From assembly GCA_002269645.1 (NCBI GenBank), contig NIVC01001388.1, positions 234,441 through 298,440 of the forward strand: a stretch of DNA of 64,000 nucleotides, read 5' to 3'. Below the pieces are notes generated by a model, which was given only the letters and a program-made list of their open reading frames with translations, did no database searches and had not been told where the DNA came from. Within the stretch, counting starts at the first letter, position 1. Each line of letters opens with the position of its first letter. The stretch is from Macrostomum lignano (lineage: Eukaryota). Shown here piece by piece: positions 38,701 through 51,735 of the stretch. The position numbers and the translations under genes were made by a program.

Positions 38701-41700
38701 TGCCAATCAGTTTCATTGATGCCAATCAGTTTCATTGATGCCAATCAGTTTAATTGATGCCAATCAGTTTCATTGAATGTCAGTGGCGCCAATCAGTTTC
38801 ATTGATATGTCGTCAGTGGCGCCAATCAGTTTCATTGATGTCAATCAGTTTCATTGATGCCAATCAGTTTCATTGATGCCAATCAGTTTCATTGATGCCA
38901 ATCAGTTTCATTGATGCCAATCAGTTTCATTGATGCCAATCAGTTTCATTGATGCCAATCAGTTTCATTGATGCCAATCAGTTTCATTGATGCCAATCAG
39001 TTTCATTGATGCCAATCAGTTTCATTGATGCCAATCAGTTTCATTGATGCCAATCAGTTTCATTGATGCCAATCAGTTTCATTGATGCCAATCAGTTTCA
39101 TTGATGCCAATCAGTTTCATTGATGCCAATCAGTTTCATTGATGCCAATCAGTTTCATTGATGCCAATCAGTTTCATTGATGCCAATCAGTTTCATTGAT
39201 GTCAATCAATTTCATTGATGCCAATCAGTTTCATTGATGCCAATCAGTTTCATTGATGCCAATCAGTTTCATTGATGCCAATCAGTTTAATTGATGCCAA
39301 TCAGTTTCATTGAATGTCAGTGGCGCCAATCAGTTTCATTGATATGTCGTCAGTGGCGCCAATCAGTTTCATTGATGTCAATCAGTTTCATTGATGCCAA
39401 TCAGTTTCATTGATGCCAATCAGTTTCATTGATGCCAATCAGTTTCGTTGATGTCAATCAGTTTCATTGATGCCAATCAGTTTCATTGAATGTCAGTGGC
39501 GCCAATCAGTTTCATTGATGCCAATCAGTTTCATTGATGCCAATCAGTTTCATTGATGCCAATCAGTTTCATTGATGCCAATCAGTTTCATTGATGTCAG
39601 TGGCGCCAATCAGTTTCATTGATGCCAATCAGTTTCATTGATGCCAATCAGTTTCATTGATGCCAATCAGTTTCATTGATGCCAATCAGTTTCATTTGAT
39701 GTCAATCAGTTTCATTGATGCCAATCAGTTTCATTGATGCCAATCAGTTTCATTGATGCCAATCAGTTTCATTGATGCCAATCAGTTTCATTGATGTCAA
39801 TCAGTTTCATTGATGTCAATCAGTTTCATTGAATGTCAGTGGCGCCAATCAGTTTCATTGATGCCAATCAGTTTCATTGATGCCAATCAGTTTCATTGAT
39901 GCCAATCAGTTTCATTGATGCCAATCAGTTTCATTGATGCCAATCAGTTTCATTGATGCCAATCAGTTTCATTGATGCCAATCAGATTCATTGATGCCAA
40001 TCAGTTTCATTGATGCCAATCAGTTTCATTGATGCCAATCAGTTTCATTGATGTCAATCAGTTTCATTGATGCCAATCAGTTTCATTGATGTCAATCAGT
40101 TTCATTGATGCCAATCAGTTTCATTGATGCCAATCAGTTTCATTGATGTCAATCAGTTTCATTGATGCCAATCAGTTTCATTGATGTCAATCAGTTTCAT
40201 TGATGCCAATCAGTTTCATTGATGCCAATCAGTTTCATTGATGCCAATCAGTTTCATTGATGCCAATCAGTTTAATTGATGCCAATCAGTTTCATTGAAT
40301 GTCAGTGGCGCCAATCAGTTTCATTGATATGTCGTCAGTGGCGCCAATCAGTTTCATTGATGTCAATCAGTTTCATTGATGCCAATCAGTTTCATTGATG
40401 CCAATCAGTTTCATTGATGCCAATCAGTTTCATTGATGCCAATCAGTTTCATTGATGCCAATCAGTTTCATTGATGCCAATCAGTTTCATTGATGCCAAT
40501 CAGTTTCATTGATGTCAGTGCAATCAGTTTCATTGATAATGTCGTCAGTGGCGCCAATCAGTTTCATTGATGCCAATCAGTTTCATTGAATGTCAGTGGC
40601 GCCAATCAGTCATTGGCCAATCAGTTTCATTGATATGTCAGTGGCGCCAATCAGTTTCATTGATGCCAATCAGTTTCATTGATAATCAGTCATTGATGCC
40701 AATCAGTTTCATTGATGCCAATCAGTTTCATTGATGCCAATCAGTTTCATTGATGCCAATCAGTTTCATTGATGCCAATTGATGCCAATCAGTTTCATTG
40801 ATGCCAATCAGTTTGATTGATGCCAATCAGTTTTATTGAATGTCAGTGGCGCCAATCAGTTTCATTGATATGTCGTCAGTGGCGCCAATCAGTTTCATTG
40901 ATGCCAATCAGTTTCATTGATGCCAATCAGGTTCATTGATGCCAATCAGTTTCATTGATGCCAATCAGTTTCGTTGATGTCAATCAGTTTCATTGATGCC
41001 AATCAGTTTCATTGAATGTCAGTGGCGCCAATCAGTTTCATTGATGCCAATCAGTTTCATTGATGCCAATCAGTTTCATTGATGCCAATCAGTTTCATTG
41101 ATGCCAATCAGTTTCATTGATGTCAGTGGCGCCAATCAGTTTCATTGATGCCAATCAGTTTCATTGATGCCAATCAGTTTCATTGATGCCAATCAGTTTC
41201 ATTGATGCCAATCAGTTTCATTTGATGTCAATCAGTTTCATTGATGCCAATCAGTTTCATTGATGCCAATCAGTTTCATTGATGCCAATCAGTTTCATTG
41301 ATGCCAATCAGTTTCATTGATGTCAATCAGTTTCATTGATGTCAATCAGTTTCATTGAATGTCAGTGGCGCCAATCAGTTTCATTGATGCCAATCAGTTT
41401 CATTGATGCCAATCAGTTTTATTGATGCCAATCAGTTTCATTGATGCCAATCAGTTTCATTGATGCCAATCAGTTTCATTGATGCCAATCAGTTTCATTG
41501 ATGCCAATCAGTTTCATTGAAGCCAATCAGTTTCATTGATGCCAATCAGTTTAATTGATGCCAATCAGTTTCATTGATGCCAATCAGTTTCATTGATGCC
41601 AATCAGTTTCATTGATGCCAATCAGTTTCATTGATGCCAATCAGTTTCATTGATGTCAATCAGTTTCATTGATGCCAATCAGATTCATTGATGTCAATCA

Positions 41701-42379
41701 GTTTCATTGATGCCAATCAGTTTCATTTGATGTCAATCAGTTTCATTGATGCCAATCAGTTTTATTGAATGTCAGTGGCGCCAATCAGTTTCATTGATGC
41801 CAATCAGTTTCATTGATGCCAATCAGTTTCATTGATGCCAATCAGTTTCATTGATGCCAATCAGTTTCATTGATGCCAATCAGTTTCATTGATGCCAATC
41901 AGTTTCATTGATGCCAATCAGTTTCATTGATGCCAATCAGTTTCATTGATGCCAATCAGTTTCATTGATGTCAATCAGTTTCATTGATGCCAATCAGTTT
42001 CATTGATGCCAATCAGTTTCATTGATGCCAATCAGTTTCACTGAATGTCAGTGGCGCCAATCAGATGTCAGTGGCGCCAATCAGTTTCATTGATATGTCG
42101 TCAGTGGCGCCAATCAGTTTCATTGATATGTCGTCAGTGGCGCCAATCAGTTTCATTGATGCCAATCAGTTTCATTGATGCCAATCAGGTTCATTGATGC
42201 CAATCAGTTTCATTGATGTCAGTGGCGCCAATCAGTTTCATTGATATGTCGTCAGTGGCGCCAATCAGTTTCATTGATATGTCGTCAGTGGCGCCAATCA
42301 GTTTCATTGATGCCAATCAGTTTCATTGATGCCAATCAGGTTCATTGATGCCAATCAGTTTCATTGATGTCAGTGGCGC
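32723..42379. repeat. 9.6-kb satellite, 19-bp unit TGATGCCAATCAGTTTCAT, with interspersed GTCAGTGGC-containing long variants
   Basis: Read directly. Bounded by GTCAGTGGCGC at 32723-32733 and 42369-42379. Confidence 0.98.
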
Positions 42380-42925
42380 TTAAATTCATTTGAAATTGAG
42401 ATAGAGCCAAATGAGTTTTGTAATATCTGGTAACATGTACTACTGTACATGTAGTTAGTTACCTGTACTGTACATGCAATATGCTGCAAGAATTCTTTGA
42501 GAAGTATTAACTAAGTAATCAAGCATTGTTTAGGGATGTAATGCTGCAAATGGCAATAGCTTACACCATTGCTGTTCATCCCCGTTTAGAGTGTGGTTGC
42601 CCACAACTACGAGCTATAAATTATTCTCATTAACCCAAATTGTGGTCGGCACAATAGAAGGTAAAGCTACCGCCATGCAGGTGCATTCCAATGGACGGAA
42701 TCTCTGGCCGGAATGCCAATAATGGCACTCGCATTGGAGTAAAATCTGGGCTTATAGTAATAATAGCTAATCACTTGCACACTTCGTGCCATTAGCATGA
42801 TGAGATGAGACATATGACTAGCGCACCAGACTTTTATATAGCCGCCACTCTTTAGCATTGTGCACAGGTTAACTGTTATAAACATTAGGAGCTCTATGCA
42901 TAAACTTCACGGCTAGGGTTAGCAA

Positions 42926-42996
42926 GCATCGGTGGTTCAGTGGTAGAATGCTCGCCTGCCACGCGGGCGGCCCGGGTTCGATTCCCGGCCGATGCA
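42926..42996 (+). tRNA. tRNA-Gly-GCC: tRNA-Gly (anticodon GCC)
   Basis: GCATCGG/CCGATGC acceptor stem plus discriminator A. D arm TGGTTCAGTGGTAGAAT, anticodon loop CT-GCC-AC, T arm GGTTCGATTCC. T5 Pol III terminator at 42999-43003. Confidence 0.97.
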
Positions 42997-43543
42997 AATT
43001 TTTGTGAAGAATTTTTTATAATATTACATTTTTTAAAAACAATTCAGATAAACAATTTAATTTTTCTGCCACTATTGTTACTAACTGAAGACTTTTTCCA
43101 TTTAATTTTAGCGAAAAAAAATTACTTTAGCTTATTCAGATAGCTTTTTACCGAATAACATGCCTTGTATTCTACTTGAAGTAAAAAGTTGCAAATATTC
43201 TTGCTTATTGCTTAAGAATCTCAGCAGGTTAAATTTGAACTTTTGTGATCATTTTTAGCATAAAAAATGAGTTGAGGGTTAAAATTTACCCGAATTCCGA
43301 TCTGTATAATAATAATATTGTCAGTTGAAGACTCAGTCATGTCTATTTATATATGACAAAATATAGGAAGATGATGACAAATAGCGTGCATTTACAGGCA
43401 ACAAAGCTTAGCAAAACACTATCTAATACAGTATATTAAGTTACAAGCAGTCGCAGTTGAATTCTAATAACAGCAGATGCTTTAGATGCAATTAGTTTCA
43501 AAAATACTATAACAATATCGATTAGAAAGCATGGCTATCATTA

Positions 43544-43590
43544 TTAGCTGAGAGTCGCCCCAGGACTCGCCATTCGCAGAGGCACGAGAG
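43544..43590 (-). CDS. NFAT5: NFAT5-like putative terminal exon 7 (ALVPLRMASPGATLS*)
   Basis: Acceptor gtttttcag|CT phase 1, in-frame TAA. The seven exons total 1803 nt (600 aa plus stop). Confidence 0.6.
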
Positions 43591-43774
43591 CTGAAAAACA
43601 ATTCGATCAAATAAGTGGCTCGCTTTCGGCTGAAGCAAAACAAATCAGTAGATAATGATCATGTATCCTACTTATAGTAGACGATTATTGAAAACATACA
43701 CGTGAATAGCAGGGTGGGTTGGATAGAGGGTGAGATAGACAGGGATAGAGTGGCGGAGACTTAAGTTTTTCAAG

Positions 43775-44672
43775 ATAGAATATCACACAGAGACTGGTAA
43801 GCCACACAGGATAGAAAATCACACAGAGACTGGTAAGCCACACAGGATAGAATATCACACAGAGACTGGTAAGCCACACAGGATAGAATATCACACAGAG
43901 ACTGGTAAGCCGCACAGGATAGAATATCACACAGAGACTGGTAACCCTCACAGGATAGAATATCACACAGAGACTGGTAAGCCACACAGGATAGAATATC
44001 ACACAGAGACTGGTAAGCCGCACAGGATAGAATATCACACAGAGACTGGTAACCCTCACAGGATAGAATATCACACAGAGACTGGTAAGCCACACAGGAT
44101 AGAATATCACACAGAGACTGGTAAGCCGCACAGGATAGAATATCACACAGAGACTGGTAACCCTCACAGGATAGAATATCACACAGAGACTGGTAAGCCA
44201 CACAGGATAGAATATCACACAGAGACTGGTAAGCCGCACAGGATAGAATATCACACAGAGACTGGTAAGCCGCACAGGATAGAATATCACACAGAGACTG
44301 GTAACCCTCACAGGATAGAATATCACACAGAGACTGGTAAGCCGCACAGGATAGAATATCACACAGAGACTGGTAACCCTCACAGGATAGAATATCACAC
44401 AGAGACTGGTAACCCTCACAGGATAGAATATCACACAGAGACTGGTAAGCCACACAGGATAGAATATCACACAGAGACTGGTAAGCCACACAGGATAGAA
44501 TATCACACAGAGACTGGTAAGCCACACAGGATAGAATATCACACAGAGACTGGTAACCCTCACAGGATAGAATATCACACAGAGACTGGTAAGCCGCACA
44601 GGATAGAATATCACACAGAGACTGGTAACCCTCAGGATAGAAGGATAGGCTCAGGATAGGCTCAGGATAGAA
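43775..44672. repeat. 36-bp minisatellite (CAGGATAGAATATCACACAGAGACTGGTAAGCCACA) in the last NFAT intron
   Basis: Read directly. It explains ORFs 43685-44614 and 43770-44753. Confidence 0.96.
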
Positions 44673-44705
44673 TATCACTATGCCTCCCAAATTAATTTGC
44701 CTTAC

Positions 44706-45020
44706 CTGGCTTATAGGTGTAGTAAAACGGTTCGGAGTCGCGCCTGTCCTCACAGCGCACGGTCACCTGGACTGTGATTGGCGCGGCCAGGTCCGTACGG
44801 CGATAGGCGGGCACCCGGCAGATGAGGTGAGCCTGGGTGAAATAGTCCGGCTCAATGGCCGCCTCCGCCTCCCAGTCGGAGTCGCTGCCGTGCACCTCGC
44901 GGAAAATCACCCGGCTGCCGCGGGCGAAGTTCTTGCCGATGAGGAACAGGTCGGAGCCGCCGTGGCACGGGCCCTCGGTGGAGGAGGCTCGGAGCACCTC
45001 CGGGGAGCCGACGGGTTGGG
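44706..45020 (-). CDS. NFAT5: NFAT5-like exon 6: IPT/TIG dimerisation domain
   Basis: QPVGSPEVLRASS...LFLIGKNFARGSRVIFRE...WEAEAAIEPDYFTQAHLICRVPAY...FYYTYKP. Acceptor ccgccag|CC, donor G|gtaagg. Confidence 0.92.
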
Positions 45021-45057
45021 CTGGCGGGGATGGGCGAAAGTGAGGGGATTACACCCT

Positions 45058-45572
45058 CTGCTGCCCTGCCTCCGCTGTCTACCTGTCCTCTTCCGCTGTC
45101 TACCTGTCCTCCTCCGCTATCTACCTATCCTCCTCCGCTGTCTACCTGTCCTCCTCTGCTATCTACCTGTCCTCATCCGCTATCTACCTGTATTCCTCCG
45201 CTATCTACTTGCCCTCCTCCGCTATCTACCTGTCCTCCTCCGCTATCTACCTGTCCTCCTCCGCTATCTACTTGTCCTCCTCCGCTATCTACCTGCCCTC
45301 CTCCGCTATCTACTTGTCCTCCTCCACTATCTACCTGTCCTCCTCCGCTATCTACCTGTCCTCCGCTATCTACCTGCCCTCCTCCGCTATCTACCTGTCC
45401 TCCTCTGCTATCTACTTGTCCTCCTCCGCTATCTACCTGTCCTCCTCCGCTATCTACCTGTCCTCCTCCGCTATCTACCTGTCCTCCTCCGCTATCTACC
45501 TGTCCTCCTCCGCTGTCTACCTGTCCTCCTCCGCTATCTCCCTGTCCTCCGCTGTCTACCTGTCCTCCTCCG
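45058..45572. repeat. 21-bp minisatellite (CCTCCTCCGCTATCTACCTGT)
   Basis: Read directly. Confidence 0.94.
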
Positions 45573-45611
45573 CTCCCCTCTTTCACTTTGCCATTAAGTA
45601 AAGCAACTCAC

Positions 45612-45880
45612 TGCACACAATAGTATCGGAGACAACCTGTAGTACAACGGGAGTGCTGACGCCACCGCTCTCAGCAGATTCTATCGAAGCCGCAGACTCC
45701 GCGGTCGGGCCCAGGCACACTCGAAACACCAGCCTGGCTTGGGTGTTGGCCCCGCCGCCTTGCTGCTGCAGCTGCTGCTGGTAGCTGCGCTTCTGACCGC
45801 GGCCTGCGCGACATCCGGGGACGCCGCCATGGATTCCAACGTCAACATTGCGCAGCTTCAGTATGCCAATGCAGTCAATG
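45612..45880 (-). CDS. NFAT5: NFAT5-like exon 5: C-terminal part of the Rel homology DNA-binding domain (missing from the ORF track)
   Basis: SIDCIGILKLRNVDV...ARLVFRV...VLQVVSDTIVCT. Acceptor cactgcag|C phase 2, donor A|gtgagt phase 1. Confidence 0.92.
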
Positions 45881-45917
45881 CTGCAGTGCGGCGTGCGGGC
45901 CAGCTATCATTTACCTT

Positions 45918-46556
<639 letters not shown>

Positions 46557-47019
46557 TTGCTGCTGAAGAGATAAAAGTTTTGACATGGCTTCAGTCTAAT
46601 CTTCTACACGAAACAGAAGAAGCAACACAACTATTGCAGTCTGATAAAAACTAGAACCAGGCACTCAAAACGCAACAAAATAGAAGCATACAGCTCATCA
46701 ACATGTCACAGTCAGTCATTCAGCCGACCAGTATTACTGATAATAAACAAAAGAATTTCGCATTTGAAGTTGGACAAAAACCGCCTCAAAGTTTACCAAT
46801 GAGTCGTTGGCACACCTGTGCCTCCTGTCACCACTGACACAATGGGATAGCTGACCACCTTGATTGTTGTGGCAAAGAAATGCGAGATGCCGATTTTATT
46901 TCGGTTTAGCAAAGCCGAGCGCTTTGCTTTTTTACTAGCCCGAAAATTCAACGATTACAAGTTCACAACTTGATAGTTCGAAAACAAGAAACATAACAGA
47001 TCAAGTTACTCACAAGCTC

Positions 47020-48300
47020 AGAACACACACAGCTCATTAGTACACAAGCTCACAACACACAGCTCATTAGTACACAATCTCAGAACACACACAGCTCATT
47101 AGTACACAAGCTCACAACACACACAGCTCATTAGTACACAAGCTCACAACACACAAGCCTCACAAGTACACAAGCTCAGAACACACACAGCTCATTAGTA
47201 CACAAGCTCACAACACACAGCTCATTAAGTACACAATCTCAGAACACACACAGCTCATTAGTACACAAGCTCACAACACACAAGCCTCAAAAGTACACAA
47301 TCTCAGAACACACACAGCTCATTAGTCATTTGTACACAAGCTCACAACACACAAGCCTCACAAGTACACAAGCTCACAACACACACAGCTCATTAGTACA
47401 CAAGCTCACAACACACAAGCCTCACAAGTACACAAGCTCACAACACACACAGCTCATTAGTACACAAGCTCACAACACACACAGCTCATTAGTACACAAG
47501 CTCACAACACACACAGCTCATTAGTACACAAGCTCACAACACACACAGCTCATTAGTACACAATCTCAGAACACACACAGCTCATTAGTACACAAGCTCA
47601 CAACACACACAGCTCATTAGTACACAAGCTCACAACACACAGCTCATTAGTACACAAGCTCACAACACACAGCTCATTAAGTACACAATCTCAGAACACA
47701 CACAGCTCATTAGTACACAAGCTCACAACACACACAGCTCATTAGTACACAAGCTCACAACACACAAGCCTCACAAGTACACAAGCTCAGAACACACACA
47801 GCTCATTAGTACACAAGCTCACAACACACAGCTCATTATGTACACAATATCAGAACACACACAGCTCATTAGTACACAAGCTCACAACACACAAGCCTCA
47901 AAAGTACACAATCTCAGAACACACACAGCTCATTAGTCATTTGTACACAAGCTCACAACACACAAGCCTCACAAGTACACAAGCTCACAACACACACAGC
48001 TCATTAGTACACAAGCTCACAACACACAAGCCTCACAAGTACACAAGCTCACAACACACACAGCTCATTAGTACACAAGCTCACAACACACACAGCTCAT
48101 TAGTACACAAGCTCAGAACACACACAGCTCATTAGTACACAAGCTCACAACACACACAGCTCATTAGTACACAAGCTCACAACACACACAGCTCATTAGT
48201 ACACAAGCTCACAACACACACAGCTCATTAGTACACAAGCTCACAACACACACAGCTCATTAGTACACAAGCTCACAACACACAAGCCTCACAAGTAAAC
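47020..48300. repeat. ~31-33-bp minisatellite (ACACACAGCTCATTAGTACACAAGCTCACA)
   Basis: Read directly, with mixed variants. Confidence 0.94.
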
Positions 48301-48412
48301 AAACTCAGACTTTTAGGATCAAAGTTTTCAAGCTCAAAGGCAGCCTTAAACCAACAAAACAAAGAGAACTGTCTTAGATCTTTCCCAGACAAACATCGGT
48401 AGGTCAGCTCAC

Positions 48413-48606
48413 CTGAACACATTTCCATCACGGGGATCGCAGTTCACCACTAGAACCCTGGTGCCTTCGCAGTCAACCTCAGTCGACCTCGACGCGGTGG
48501 TTTTGCCAGCCACTTTGCACGCCTGATAGTGGCTGTGAGGCCTGAGCCTGTCTGAGTCTGCAGCCACAAATATGCACAGTTGCACCGGCTCGGAGCAGCC
48601 AGTCAG
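48413..48606 (-). CDS. NFAT5: NFAT5-like exon 4: Rel homology domain
   Basis: LTGCSEPVQLCIFVAADSDRLRPHSHYQACKVAGKTT...EVDCEGTRVLVV. Acceptor accgcag|CTG, donor AG|gtgagc. Confidence 0.92.
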
Positions 48607-48688
48607 CTGCGGTTTTTGGGGAAAACGGCTTGAGTAACTATCCACTCAGTTGAAACATAAAATGCATCATCATATTATTAGTGCTCAC

Positions 48689-48839
48689 CTGCACTGCTGG
48701 ATAACCGCGATGGAAGCGGTCTTTAACTGAGCCGCGAGATCCCTCAGTCAGGTAGCGGGCTCGGTGATTCGCCTCGGGCTGTGCAACAATAGATAGGCTG
48801 AAGGGACCCAGTCTGCTGGGCAGACCGCTTGCCTGCAGG
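48689..48839 (-). CDS. NFAT5: NFAT5-like exon 3: start of the RHD with the DNA-recognition loop
   Basis: [47 protein letters not shown] is the NFAT5/invertebrate-NFAT form (NFATc has RAHYETEGSRG). The acceptor at 48839 was chosen for phase fit; others are nearby. Confidence 0.9.
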
Positions 48840-50560
48840 CTGACGCCAACTGCTGGGGGTAGCGAGCCACGCGACCTTAAGATGGCAAATCGAGTTTACA
48901 ATGTCACAAGAAGGCAAATAATTCGTTTTAAAAATTTTTACACATGCAGATTTGGGTTGAAAGGCTGGGAGTTTTATTAAAACGCTACCACCTAATTGTT
49001 GCTTTGTTTTAAAGTGCATGCCACCAAAGGGGGGTTCGTGTGCTAGTCCACAATACTAAAAATGAGTTGTGTGTCTATCTATCTAGATATGCGGCTAAAA
49101 ACGGCTCAACCGAATGTTCTAGACCTACCTAAAATAAAACAGAGTTTAAATTAAACGGATTTAAAGTTTCGATAAAACTTCGATACATATCGGCTGTAGA
49201 AATTCCAAGTTAAAGCTGCAAAGAGTAATAATAGTTCTGGATTTCCTTAACTAGCCAAACTTAAAATAAGCTGTGTAAAAACCCAACTATTGAAATTTCC
49301 GAATCAACAGAGCCAGGCTCGAGCCAGAATCAGACACGCACGGGCGGGCTGGTGTCTCGGTGACCAAAATTAAACACAAACTTACAATTCCAATAGACTT
49401 TTTTCCATAACACGGGTGGCGACGTAGCTTTGCGCATGCAAGCAATAAAGTAGCTTTGTACAGCAATATCTAATAAATATCTCATAACACAGGCGCAATA
49501 GTATAGCAAACTATACTACTTTCAGTATCGCGTCCTAATTTGCTTGGTTGTTAAAACGTTAAATGCAAAACTCCATTAAGATTGCAACTCAAATGTGTTA
49601 CAGCGCTTCTAGCCTAAGCACCAGTTAGCTAGGACTTTAATGCTTTCAAAGAATAGAAGAATATACAGGAAAGAAATAATTTAAAAGGCAAGAACCTGTA
49701 AAAATAGTAAAAATATGAGCGGAGGAGAGGCTGGATAAAAGAATTTTCCACGCGCACCCGCCTCCATTGTTCATTCCATGCAACCCGCCACGCTAAAATT
49801 GTAAAGCCCAGGAGGACTAGCCGCTTTTATTTTGTGACCCGTCCAGGCCAATGGAAAATTTTATTCAGACGGGGAAACCCCCTCCCGCTAGGCTAGAAGG
49901 CCAGGCCGGTCCGCCTTCTCTGAGCTAAAAATAGAAACTGAATCTGTGTACGCGAAATTGTACGCACTCCCAAGGAGAGAAAGGAGAGAAAGAGAACGAG
50001 AGGAGGCCAGCTGGGGTTTTTCCACAGCGAATTGAACACGAAATTCCACGACACTGTTGAAGGCTTGCTTTCCTTTGCGAATTTTGACGTACACTTATTA
50101 GACTGTCATGTCACTACTTCATGCAAATCTCAAGAAAAAACTGAATGACTGACCGACCGCAATTTAATTCTCCACACTTGTCCTTGCTTAGACTTAGACC
50201 CCTCCGGCTCCAACAAGCTCAATGGAAAAAAGTTAAGCCGTCTCTTGCAAGAGTTTTAGTGGTATCGACGAATGCTCAGGCTTAAGATCAACTAAACTGG
50301 CCTTTGAATCCTGAAGGCAAAAGCAAAAAAATTAATACATAAAAAAATATTACGTCAGTTTTAAGGTTCAGAGACAGTTCTAGAGTAAGGCTAGCTAAGA
50401 GCGCGATAAAAAACTTGGTGCGAAGTTTAAAGTACAAAACAGATAAAACTTCAAGAGTCAGAGATAAAAACTATCAGGTTGAAATCATTACTACAGTAGT
50501 CAGTACTTAGCTGCTTTTATCAATAAATGGCAGAAGTATTATTCTACTACTAAGTCTCAC

Positions 50561-50917
50561 CCAATAGCGTCGGCGGGCGGCGAGGAGCTGCCAGATGGCG
50601 AGGGCGACGTTGGCACAGACGGCGAAGTTGACGATGCGTGACTTGTGCGCACAGAGGCAGCCGCCGCCGCGGTGGTCCGCATAGCGGAAGCAGACGAATT
50701 AGTAATTAGAGAATTGGACACCCTTGCCGGCACTATAGTCTCCGGCTTTGAATTGTTAGATGACTCGGATGAGCGAGAAACTACAGAGGATCCCACACTG
50801 CTAGGTAATGACGATATTGAAGCAGATGACATGGCCGGCAGAAGAACATGCTCGGCATCTTTGCGTCTCTGTTGTTGCTGCTGCTGATAAACTAGCGATT
50901 CTGTCGAGCCTGCCAAA
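50561..50917 (-). CDS. NFAT5: NFAT5-like exon 2: Ser/Pro-rich region
   Basis: Acceptor attgtcag|T, donor GG|gtgaga, phases fit both neighbours. Low-complexity SSTSPSVPTSPSPSGSSSPP. Confidence 0.72.
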
Positions 50918-51000
50918 CTGACAATAAATTACGCCAAATAATTGTGCAAGCGGCTCTGAAAGCCTACACACTGCGAAATGGCAAAATGGCAAAATGACAG

Positions 51001-51222
51001 CAGGGGCGTCGCCACCGGGGGGACAGGGGGCCCAGGGAGGACATGTCAGTGTCTTGTCTCCTCACCTACCTTGTGACCCATTGTGAAAATCAATATTTTG
51101 GTTCAGGGAGCCAAAATATAGCGCCTACGGTACCAAAATCAAAAAACTCAAAATACATGTAATGTACATGTAGGAATTTTTAGCTTGTTTTCCCCACCAT
51201 AAAATCCATGGCGAGGCCCCTG
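51001..51222. mobile_element. MITE-like element with 14-bp terminal inverted repeats (CAGGGGCGTCGCCA / TGGCGAGGCCCCTG), NFAT intron 1
   Basis: TIR has 1 mismatch and a hAT-like CAGGGG end. No target-site duplication found. Confidence 0.65.
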
Positions 51223-51265
51223 AAAAATGGTCAAGCGAGTCGAACAAAGAAGGTTCCAATCTCAC

Positions 51266-51735
51266 CTATCAGGAATCGAAGGCTGCTGCTGCTGCTGGGC
51301 CATAAGTACGTTGATGAGGCCCTGCATTTGAGCAGTCTGACTAGCTAGTGACTGCAACAGACTGGTCACGCCGTTGGATGTAACGCTACCATTTGTACCA
51401 ATAGTTTCATTGGCTGCATTAGTGACAGTGTTCGCGCTGGAGCCAGTACTGCCAGTTGATAAAACTGTGGCCGATGCGGCTGCATTTGAATACAGAGGCT
51501 GCGGCGCCGCAGTGAGCCTGCTTGCTGAGTCGAAACTGGCACTGCTCAAAGGATTGACAGCCTGTCGGATGGCTAGCTGGATTCTGGCCTCATTGAGCTC
51601 TTGGAGCTGCTGCTGCTGTGGAGACTGTTGAGTTATGTTCAGTGGGCTGCTGGAAGCAGGGACTAGGGTACTAGTTGGGTGATTTGTAACACTGGCTAGG
51701 AGCTGTAATAGCTGCTGCTGCTGCTGCTGGTGCAT
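51266..51735 (-). CDS. NFAT5: NFAT5-like exon 1: Gln-rich N-terminus
   Basis: ATG at 51735 with an in-frame upstream TGA. MHQQQQQQLLQLL...MAQQQQQPSIPD. Donor AG|gtgaga. Confidence 0.7.

Noticed and set aside
32723-42379. Regularly interrupted repeat resembling a CRISPR array
   Set aside because: The interruptions are near-identical variants, not unique spacers; there are no cas genes and the context is eukaryotic.
43685-44753. Cys-rich repeat ORFs on the minus strand
   Set aside because: 36-bp intronic minisatellite of the NFAT gene.
49380-50230. Several TGGAAA NFAT-type sites in NFAT intron 2 (autoregulation?)
   Set aside because: Short motif in A/T-rich DNA; density is not clearly above chance.
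51630-51660. PLNIT as a calcineurin-docking PxIxIT motif
   Set aside because: It is one residue short and lacks the first Ile; NFAT5-type proteins do not normally carry the motif.
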